NCBI GenBank assembly: GCA_020184695.1
Contig: JAANOX010000205.1
Span: 930,001 to 994,000, forward strand
Direction of reading: 5' to 3'
Origin: Histomonas meleagridis 2922-C6/04-290x
Taxonomy: Eukaryota; Protista; Parabasalia
DNA length: 64,000 nucleotides
Every line of letters begins with the position of its first letter. Positions within the stretch are counted from its first letter, which is position 1. Below the pieces are notes generated by a model. It made no database searches and was not told the DNA's origin. It saw only the letters and a list, made by a program, of their open reading frames with translations. The translations under genes were made by a program, and so were the position numbers. Of the stretch, positions 19,659-28,786 are shown piece after piece.

Positions 19659-22592
19659 ATGACTTTTGGAGTTAAAGCATTAAATTCACCAGAAATATAT
19701 TCAGATGTAGTATTAGTATCATCATTTGGTTTTAATGGGGATATGGTAATTTTTGCAAAGGGTTCAAAATTACTTTTTACAAAATATGATAATTGTAGAT
19801 TTCAAACTTTGTTTGAATATTATATTTTTGGTGAAATATCGCATGTAATTCCAATAAAGCATCCAAAAGATTCTCAAACAAATATATTAATTATATTGGC
19901 AGATCTTCAATATGCAACACTTCGAAATACATCAAATCATATTGAAACAGTTCAACACGGAAACTTAGCTTCACCTACTGGTAGCATAACAGACCCGCCT
20001 TTTAAGATAGCATATAACAATTATTTCTTAATGGCTGAATTCAATAACCAAGTAATCCAATTTTTTGAGGTTACTCAAACATCAGAAATATCGCCAACAT
20101 ATAGTTGTTTTATTCCTTGTAAAGAAATTATTCAATTTGATTTTATTGATAGTTCACCTTCATGTCCACGTATTTCAATTTTAACTCGTGAGTTCCAAAA
20201 CACAACAAAACTTAGCATTTATGAACTGAACATATCCAAAAAAGTCTTTCCAAGTAAACCATTATGTTCAAGTACATTACCATTTGATGCATATAAACTT
20301 CAAGTCATTGGTGCTGATCAATTAATTATATTTACAACATCAGCGATTTATCGTGTGTCTTTATTTAAAGACACAACATTAATTCAAGAAACTTCAACTA
20401 TATTTTCATCACATCCAATCAGTGTGATGACACAAATTTCACAACATCAATGGATTGCGACAGATACTGGAGGTAATTTATTAATAATTAATTGTAATAT
20501 TTCAGGACCAATTACATTATCAAGAATTGGATCTGTTAATTCAGCTATTAAAATAATTCCTTTAAATTCTCCAATTGTTTTTATTGCATCAAAATTTGGC
20601 AAAAATTTCTTTGTAAACCTTTCAAATTTGGGTATAATTGAAAGCACGCAAAACTCAAGTAAAGTTAACAAAATATATCGTGTTAATGAAGATGAATTAA
20701 TTGGAATTACTGAAAATTCTGCACATACAATAAGAGAAGCATTAAAACTAAAATTGGTTGCATCGACAAAAATACCATTATTAGAAAATGCATATTTTTA
20801 TGATGAATATATACTGATTGCACATGGAGAACAAATCTCATTAATTCAATATACAGGAAATGGATTTATTGAAATTAGTAATGAATTCTTTATAATTAAT
20901 GAGCCAACAATATGTTTTGGAATGCCACAACCTTCTTTGTATATACAAGTTACACATTCATCTGTCAATAATTCTAATGAACAAATGCTTCAATTCGAAA
21001 ATATTACAAGTGCTTCAATCTCTGATGAAATTATTGGAATTATTTCATCAACACCAAATTATTGCAAAGTTGTTATTCTTAATTTAAACTTAGAAATAGT
21101 TTGTGAAGTAGATCTTGATTCATTTGCCGAAGCAATTGCTGTAAGTGATCAATATTTCGCTATTACTTCATGGGCAAATGATTCGATATGCATTTACTCG
21201 ATTGAAACCGGCAAAATATATAGAAAAATTGAATCGAAAATAGCGGTTTCATTGATGTTTACAGACGACGGTTTGATAGCCCTTGAGTCAAGAGATCGGT
21301 GTTGTGTTTTCTCATTAACAAATGAATCATTAGATAAAACATTTTATTGTGAAGGGTTACACAATTCCATAATTAAGATCTCTAATACAGAATTTATATT
21401 AACAGGTGATAAACCAGTTTTATTACAAAACATGAAAATTAAAGGAATTGAATTTAATGGAATTACAAATGGATCGTATATTGACCACAAATTTTTATTA
21501 GTTTTTAATGATATATTGTATCTCTGTGAAGAGAATGGATTTTCGATATCAATAATCGAAAGTAAAATCAACACTAACATTAAATGTTTAACTCAAATCC
21601 CCGAAACAAATGATTTTCTAATTGTTACACAAAATGGATCTGATACATTTATATCATATGTTGAACATCCATTATCCAATCAAAAGCAAATTGGGAAATT
21701 ATCGGATGTGAATCATATTGTTAATATTCTCTCAATGAAATGTGGGACATTAACAATTGTAATTATAATGTTTCATAAGCAAGTATTAATATATGAATTA
21801 TGTGAACAAATATTACATTTCCATAACAATTTAACATTAGAGAAAGAACCATTTCATATTTGTACATTCCAAAATTATATATTAATCGGATTTATTGATG
21901 AAATTCGACTTTATGAACTTGAAATCATTTCATTATCTAACATCGAATTAAAAGAAATATCAAAAATTTATACACAAGGATCAACTTCAAGTATCACTGT
22001 TAATGATACATTAATAATTGTTGGCGATGAATTACAATCGATAGTTATTTATCGATATAATAAAAATAAACAAAAACTTTATGAAATCGCACGTAATAAC
22101 AATGATTATGGAATTGTCGCGTGTAAAATATTCGGAAATAATATATTCGCTGTCGATTACATTGGTAATGTTTATCAAATGCAAATCGGACAATCGAAAA
22201 ATTTGGAAAGTGTCGACATTAATGTGTCAGCAACTTATAACTTCGGATGTCCAATTAATGAAATCTCGAATTTCGCGAATGGAATTGTATTGGTAACAAA
22301 TGATTGCAAATACTTCCAAATAGTAAACATCAAAAAACAAAATAAAAACTTCGACGTGCTTTACGATGAAATTAATAAAAGAATTGAAACTTTGGGATCA
22401 TTTAACTCTATAGACTATAGAGCTACAAAAGTGAATAAGTTTTATACCAACGCAAAGACAATGATAAACTTGGACCTGCTCAAGTTCTTCATGGAATTAA
22501 CTGACGAAAATAAGTTAAAAATTTGCGGCGCTGTAAACATTTCAATTCAGAATGCAAACACACTAATTCAAAATGTGTTAAATATTAAATAA
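19659..22592 (+). CDS. DDB1: DDB1-like triple beta-propeller protein (DDB1/CPSF1/SF3B3 family)
   Basis: N-terminal YIFGEISHVIPIKHPKDSQTNILIIL and C-terminal IIVGDELQSIVIYRY...EIARN match the DDB1 pattern; first ATG at 19659 (the track uses TTG at 19632). Confidence 0.7.
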   Translation: MTFGVKALNSPEIYSDVVLVSSFGFNGDMVIFAKGSKLLFTKYDNCRFQTLFEYYIFGEISHVIPIKHPKDSQTNILIILADLQYATLRNTSNHIETVQHGNLASPTGSITDPPFKIAYNNYFLMAEFNNQVIQFFEVTQTSEISPTYSCFIPCKEIIQFDFIDSSPSCPRISILTREFQNTTKLSIYELNISKKVFPSKPLCSSTLPFDAYKLQVIGADQLIIFTTSAIYRVSLFKDTTLIQETSTIFSSHPISVMTQISQHQWIATDTGGNLLIINCNISGPITLSRIGSVNSAIKIIPLNSPIVFIASKFGKNFFVNLSNLGIIESTQNSSKVNKIYRVNEDELIGITENSAHTIREALKLKLVASTKIPLLENAYFYDEYILIAHGEQISLIQYTGNGFIEISNEFFIINEPTICFGMPQPSLYIQVTHSSVNNSNEQMLQFENITSASISDEIIGIISSTPNYCKVVILNLNLEIVCEVDLDSFAEAIAVSDQYFAITSWANDSICIYSIETGKIYRKIESKIAVSLMFTDDGLIALESRDRCCVFSLTNESLDKTFYCEGLHNSIIKISNTEFILTGDKPVLLQNMKIKGIEFNGITNGSYIDHKFLLVFNDILYLCEENGFSISIIESKINTNIKCLTQIPETNDFLIVTQNGSDTFISYVEHPLSNQKQIGKLSDVNHIVNILSMKCGTLTIVIIMFHKQVLIYELCEQILHFHNNLTLEKEPFHICTFQNYILIGFIDEIRLYELEIISLSNIELKEISKIYTQGSTSSITVNDTLIIVGDELQSIVIYRYNKNKQKLYEIARNNNDYGIVACKIFGNNIFAVDYIGNVYQMQIGQSKNLESVDINVSATYNFGCPINEISNFANGIVLVTNDCKYFQIVNIKKQNKNFDVLYDEINKRIETLGSFNSIDYRATKVNKFYTNAKTMINLDLLKFFMELTDENKLKICGAVNISIQNANTLIQNVLNIK

Positions 22593-22780
22593 ACTGTTTA
22601 TATGTTAATGTGTTTCACTTCTGAATAGCTTACACAAATCATTATCACCGGTAATAGTGATGATTTCCATTTTTATTCGATAATGATGGTTAGAAAAATG
22701 GAAATATGAAATCCAGAAAAATTTATTTAATATGAGAAATGTTTAGCATTAAAACAACATTGCATGTAGGGATGCGATAG

Positions 22781-24822
22781 TTGTTATTGGTTTATTCATC
22801 GTTTGCATCACAAATGAAAGACTTTAATATGTATTTAATGTTTTTGAAAAGTTTAGAAGGAAAATATAAAAATAAAACAAATATCATTCAAGTTTTTGTG
22901 AGATTTCTTTTGTTTTTAGAATCACAAGAATCAAGTTATCTATTAGAAAAGATGTTTGAAGAAGATTTGATTGACATTAACATATTAATAAAAAAGAAAA
23001 ATTTATATTTTATCCATTACAATGAAAGTAAACGAGATCAAGTTAGAAATTTATGGAAAAAATTGAATATAAATATTTTTATCTCTACCAAAAGAATTTA
23101 AAAACAATTCAAAAAATAATAAGAAAAAAATGTAATGGAAATTATGAAGAGCTATCAAAAAATGATTGGAAACTTCGCAAACAATTAGTTAAAGAAGGAG
23201 TTAATCCGAATGAAATTGCGAAAATAATTCGAAAAGATGAAATCGAAAAACTTCAAGAAATATCATCACGATATGATTTTGATTTTAATCAAACGATTGA
23301 ACCATCACTTTATGAAAGATGTTCATTTATTAATAAAGATAATGTTTCATTAATGATTATGCAGCATTTTTTGGATCAGTTAAATGTTTTAAATATTTAC
23401 TTATGAATGGTGCAAATGTGGAAAACACAGGTAAATATGCAGTTGCAGGTGGAAATGAAGAAATTATTCATTTATGTGAACAAAATCATTCAACATTTGA
23501 AGGTGCATATGAAGCAGCAATTGAATTTCATAGAAATGATATCTTTAAATATATTTATGAAAATAAATTAGAAGAAATTGATCAAGAATTCAGATATTCT
23601 AAAGGCTCTTATTCATCTAAATGTTGTAAAGTAAAAAAATCATATGTATTAGGAGTTAAATGTATTTTAAGTAGTTCTTATAATCTTTTTTCTTATTTAT
23701 TAAAAATAAATAAATTGAAGATATCAGATTTTATTCACGTGTTATCTATAACAGGTAATTTATTTCTCCTACAAAATGCTGATAAAAACTATAGAATACC
23801 AAAAAATTTTTGTATTTTGTGCATAATGTCTGGAAATGTTGAGCTTGTTAAATATGTTCTTAAAAGTTTCGATTTAGATATCAATGATAAAGATATATAT
23901 ATTCTATTTTTCTTTTGTTTTTATCAATAATTTAAAGTTATTTAATAACATTTGATTTTTATTTAAATCGTTTAATACAGCTCTTATTTGTGCATCTAAG
24001 TTTGTTTTAATTATTTCATATTTCGTATTAATATTTGGAAATTATTTAAATTATTTCACTCGGCACTTATGAAAGCTACTAAAAATAATGATGTAAAAAT
24101 AGCTAAATTACTTCTTAAAGAAAAATGGATTGATATAAATGGTAAAGACTTTTATCTGTTTTATTTTGGATTTATTTCAATAATTTAATAATTTAAAATA
24201 ATTTCTAAATTTCGTTTTAAATATTTCTTACAGTGCTTATGATGGCGTCCATAAAAAATCAAACAAATTTGATGAAATTATTTTCAAAACATGAAAGAAT
24301 TGAAATTAATGCTAAAGATGATTTTTATTTGTTTTATTTATAATTTATTTTGATAATTTATAACTTCAAAATAACATTTGAAAATTATTCAATTTATTTA
24401 AAACTGCGCTAATGTTTGCAGCAAATGGCCAAGTAGAAGCAGTCAAATTACTTCTTGAACAAGAAGGAATTGATGTTAATGCAAGAATATTTATTTATTT
24501 TGTTTATTATTTATATTTAATAATTTTTGTTTCAAAATTATATTTGGAAATTATTAAGCTTATTTGAAACAGCACTTATGAAAGCATATAAAAATGGTTA
24601 CACAGAAATCGTTAAATCGCTTCTTGAAAAAAAAAGTATTAAAATTAATACTAAAAACACTTTTTAAAATAATTTGATATTTATTTCAATAATTTTTTAT
24701 AAAAAAATATTATTTGAAATTTATTAGAAGTGTTTGAAACAGCTCTTTCATATGCATTGAAAAAAGATCATAAAGAAATTGTTGAATTACTATCTAAAAA
24801 AAATAAATGTATAATACAATAA
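22781..24822 (+). pseudogene. Second DUF3447/ankyrin locus with the same interrupted-module architecture; frameshifted
   Basis: Head split over three ORFs (22781, 23053, 23403) by frameshifts, e.g. a 1-nt loss in SLIDYAA near 23352; followed by one truncated module, four full modules and a terminal module ending TAA at 24820-24822. Confidence 0.8.
23895..24822 (+). repeat. Ankyrin module / intervening sequence array, copy 2 (6 spacers, one partial)
   Basis: D/N-to-T intervals of 82, 80, 83 and 80 nt measured directly; same consensus ATTTATTTGTTTTATTT...TTCAAAATAATATTTGGAAATTATTTAAATTATTT. Confidence 0.85.
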
Positions 24823-25571
24823 AAATGTGTGGTATTGACATTTTCTTTTAGCTTTTGTATAACAGAGTGATCACAACATGCAATTACCCTGGATGATAAC
24901 AAAAATTTTTGTTAAAAAATTTTTTAAGAAGTTCATGTTATCATTCGATTGAATTAAATTTGATTAAATTCAAATTTTCTACACAACGATTGAAGTTTTC
25001 TGACGATTTTTTTGATCCTCGAATTTTCTTTGTATCATCAAAGATAAACATGTGAGCATTTGGTCAGTCCTCTGGTGCCATAATTTTGATAAATTACATA
25101 ATTGAACGAAATATAATTATAAGTAGTGATGACAATATTAAATTTTAGGATCGATATTTATCGAATTTCTAATTCATAACACGAGATTTTCGAGATTCTG
25201 TATTTTGCTCTAAAATTAAAAAATTTGTTATCGATATTATACACATTAATCATACGATTGATAAGATGTAAATTTTTGATTATTATCTGATTAGAATGCG
25301 TGTGTAATTGAGGTTTAATAGTAAGTCAAGTATTGTTCGATGTTCTATTGCATTTTTCCTTATTGGAGAAATCATTTTTCGGACAAATCACCACAACGAT
25401 AGAGATGAATACGAAACGATCGTTTCATCTGAAAATTTGAGATAACTCAGAAATTTGTGTACTATAAAATCTTTTTCAACAAATCGAAGAAGAATTGTCT
25501 CAATTTTCTGTAGGATGATGTTGTAATTAAAAAGAAAAAAATTTCATGATTTGAAGGATTTAATGAGTAGC

Positions 25572-26198
25572 TTATTGTTGTCCTTCAAGCTTCTTTTGTT
25601 CGGCGATTTCCTCAGCTGTTGGAAGGCGTGGTTCCTTAGTTTCGACCTTCTTAAGCTCAGGCTTTCCTTCCTTGATAAGATCATAAACAGTACGGTTTTG
25701 ACCATCTCTTGGGAGATCTTCTGGAAGTCTTTGAACTCCTTCTTGTTCAGCAAGCTTCTTTTGTTCGGCGATTTCCTCAGCTGTTGGAAGACGGCTGCTT
25801 TCCTTTGTTTCGACCTTCTTGAGTTCCTTACCTTCCTTGATAAGATCGTGGACATTACGGTTTTGGCCATCTCTTGGGAGATCTTCTGGAAGTCTTTGAA
25901 CTCCTTCTTGTTCAGCAAGCTTCTTTTGTTCGGCAATCTCTTCAGCTGTTGGAAGACGGCTGCTTTCCTTTGTTTCGACTTTCTTGAGTTCCTTACCTTC
26001 CTTGATAAGATCGTGGACATTACGATTTTGAGCATCCTTTGGGAGATCTTCTGGAAGTCTTTGAACACCTTCTTGTTCAGCAAGTTTCTTTTGTTCGGCA
26101 ATCTCTTCAGCTGTTGGAAGGGATGGTTCCTTTGTTTCGACCTTCTTGAGTTCGACACCCTTTTGGATAAGATCTAATGGGACTTTGTTCTCAGCCAT
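25572..26198 (-). CDS. Multi-repeat beta-thymosin/WH2-like actin-binding protein (four motifs, 165-bp period)
   Basis: 4x (D)LIxxGxxLKKVETKExxxLPTAEEIAEQKK, resembling thymosin-beta LKKTETQEKNxLPSKETIEQEK; ATG at 26198 follows TCATTTCACTTT Inr (the track starts at 26219). Confidence 0.75.
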   Translation of the reverse strand: MAENKVPLDLIQKGVELKKVETKEPSLPTAEEIAEQKKLAEQEGVQRLPEDLPKDAQNRNVHDLIKEGKELKKVETKESSRLPTAEEIAEQKKLAEQEGVQRLPEDLPRDGQNRNVHDLIKEGKELKKVETKESSRLPTAEEIAEQKKLAEQEGVQRLPEDLPRDGQNRTVYDLIKEGKPELKKVETKEPRLPTAEEIAEQKKLEGQQ

Positions 26199-26638
26199 AT
26201 TATTAAAGTGAAATGACATAACCGCGGCGTATTTAGAAACTTTTTGTCAAATAAAATTCTGATGATAAACTTCAAATATTGTCCCTTATTGTCCCAACCA
26301 CTTCACCTCTGTTTTTTATATCTTATAATAAAGAATTATATTTATTTTTCGATTTTACTTCGTTGTTTTTTGGTTCCGTAAGGAAAGAATGAGAAAGATA
26401 TTCATAAATACTTCTTTGGGTTTTTTTCTCGTTCAAAAAAATGTTTTTTTTACATTTGAATGTATAAACCATTCATTGCATTCAAAAGTGATGTAAAGTT
26501 GCACTGTGATTCGTTGTTGAGGTTTATTGGCCGGCTATTTAAGTACTCATTTTTGGTTACACCAAAGTAAAAAGTGTCTTTTTTTCCAAAATTCAATTTT
26601 TCCGGACTTGCAATTCAAAGGCTTCGTTCGGATAGGAA

Positions 26639-27976
26639 ATGGGTTTCCTTCTAAATACAACAATTTTATCATTATTTCAAAAGAATTCTTTTATAAAATC
26701 TCCGAATTTCGTTGTCACTGGATTAAATTGTAGAAATTTTTTTCATATATCACACACCAAATTTTACATGTCTTTATCCCCTGCTTACTTCTCTAACAAT
26801 ATCGTAACAAAGCTTAGATTTGATAATTGCGTTTTTTCAAAGTTCTTAACTTCAGCAATTCATATCCAAAAACTCGATTTTCTTTACGATAAAGTTTTTG
26901 AAGTTTCTCAATTTAAACTTAAAAGTAACCCAACTTTAATTTATGATTGTGTATTCCAAAATTTTAAACTTAATAACAAAGATGGTGCTGCAATAAATTC
27001 TGATCAAGAACTTGATTTTTATAATATTCTTTTCACAAAATGTGTTGCAAGAAACGGTGCAGCTCTTTACACTACCAATAGTTTAAAAGCAAATTACATT
27101 TCATTTACACATCTTTCTGCAGAGCAGGCTCCTTCATTCTATTCTTACAAGCCGGATAGTGACCAAATTAATATATCAATCATAAACAGTGATTTTCAAG
27201 AATTAGAAGCCAAAAATGCAAATGGCATTTTTTATCATTCAAGCTCTGGTGTCTTTTCTCTTAATGATTGTAACATTTCTAAGTGTAAATCGGCACAAGA
27301 CAACGGCGGATTTTATGTAAGTTGCTCAAACTCGACATTTGCATATGATCGATTTTCTAATATCAAGTCACAAAACATAAATGGTTGTGGTTTTTTTGAA
27401 TCATCCAAATCTGTTTCCTTATTTAATTGCATTTTTGCCAATGTTGATCAGAATGCAATTAATCCAAATTATGGTAATTCATTAACATTTTCTAAAATCA
27501 AAAACAGTGTTAAAATTGAACAAACCAATTTCATTAACAATATTAAATCTCAAAATTTCGAAATAGTTTCCAACGAAACACCGAAAATTTATATTATAAA
27601 TTGTTGTTTCAAGTGTAAAAAAGAAAATTCAATTAAATTGAATGCATCAGAACTAATTGAAAGCCAAACAACGGTTGAAACGGAATGTCATCAACACAGC
27701 AACTTAAATGTTGGATATGGCGAAAAAAGAACTGCAACATATAATCCAGTACCAGTTCCTGATGAAGCAAAAGAAACTTTAATTCTAGATCAAAATAAAT
27801 TGGAAAAACTAGAATTCTTAAATCAGTCAATTCAAATTCTGACATATGCAGTTGCAATGTTCGGAGTTTTGGCAACTGTTTTGTTTATATATTACATGTT
27901 TTACAGAAATTACTTGGGGAAAAGGATAAAACGTAGAACAGATGATGAACAAATACTTGAAAAATTAGATCAATGA
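26639..27976 (+). CDS. Type I membrane protein with Pmp-like/pectin-lyase beta-helix ectodomain
   Basis: Repeated FxxC...G(G/A)A motifs (FQNFK..DGAAI, FTKC..NGAALY, ISKC..NGGFY); C-terminal TM ILTYAVAMFGVLATVLFIYYMFY and a short basic tail. Confidence 0.6.
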   Translation: MGFLLNTTILSLFQKNSFIKSPNFVVTGLNCRNFFHISHTKFYMSLSPAYFSNNIVTKLRFDNCVFSKFLTSAIHIQKLDFLYDKVFEVSQFKLKSNPTLIYDCVFQNFKLNNKDGAAINSDQELDFYNILFTKCVARNGAALYTTNSLKANYISFTHLSAEQAPSFYSYKPDSDQINISIINSDFQELEAKNANGIFYHSSSGVFSLNDCNISKCKSAQDNGGFYVSCSNSTFAYDRFSNIKSQNINGCGFFESSKSVSLFNCIFANVDQNAINPNYGNSLTFSKIKNSVKIEQTNFINNIKSQNFEIVSNETPKIYIINCCFKCKKENSIKLNASELIESQTTVETECHQHSNLNVGYGEKRTATYNPVPVPDEAKETLILDQNKLEKLEFLNQSIQILTYAVAMFGVLATVLFIYYMFYRNYLGKRIKRRTDDEQILEKLDQ

Positions 27977-28259
27977 AAAAATTTTATTTTGTTCTTTCTT
28001 ATAGATATATATAATAATAAAGCGTTACATGTTAGTATTTTTTAAAATATTTTTAAAATTCAATTTGATTTTAATATGAGCATTTTAATTTAAATCTTTC
28101 TTGAAAAATATGAAGTAATGTGTTGATTTTGTTTTTCTTTTCTTGGTTGGTTAGGCTTAATGCATCGAAATTAGAAGAAATTTTGATTTGCTGATAAAAA
28201 AAAGATTTGAATGACATGTGAATTGAAAAATTTGATTCCCAAATTTAAACGTATATTTT

Positions 28260-28664
28260 ATGCAACAAAATGATGTATCAAAACTGCCACCTGTTAGCAG
28301 ATGGTCGCGGCCAGGGTTTGTTTCAAGGATAGTTGGAAATAGAAAACCAGAAACTTTTGTACCATCAGATTATCTTAAAAGTAATCACATTTCATTGAAC
28401 GTTGGTAACGTAAGACTTCAATTTCAAAATGAAAAGTGGGTAAACTTGGATGATCCAAAGAAGGAAAATTATTCTGCAAAGCGAAAAGATATTAAAAAAT
28501 TGGAAATGGAAAATACGCAACTCCAACTTCAATGCGAAATTCTTCTTCATATGTTAACAATTTCAGAGCTAAAGAAAGCAAAGCACCAAGGAAAGCTTGA
28601 CCAGCTCAAAAAACAAATTTCAGAATCAATTGATCAATATGAATCATCTCAAATTGATGAGTAA
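28260..28664 (+). CDS. CBY1: Chibby-like basal-body protein
   Basis: ISLNVGNVRLQFQNEKWV followed by coiled coil LEMENTQLQLQCEILLHMLT, matching the Chibby signature (LxLxGxxLxFxNGxW...LEEENNLLRLKVDILLDML). Confidence 0.7.
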   Translation: MQQNDVSKLPPVSRWSRPGFVSRIVGNRKPETFVPSDYLKSNHISLNVGNVRLQFQNEKWVNLDDPKKENYSAKRKDIKKLEMENTQLQLQCEILLHMLTISELKKAKHQGKLDQLKKQISESIDQYESSQIDE

Positions 28665-28786
28665 CATTATACATGTTTATGACTTATTTCTATTTTAATA
28701 AAATATTTTTGTATGTTTTTTTTCCTTCTTGGAGTTCTGTGTAAGAATTATGTGATAATACTTTTTGACAAAGTCTGTTCGATTTA

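Noticed and set aside
25544-26177. Overlapping 204-aa and 208-aa ORFs in other frames of the thymosin-like gene
   Set aside because: These are shadows of a stop-poor 165-bp repeat; only the 25572 frame has a recognisable motif and an Inr-supported start.
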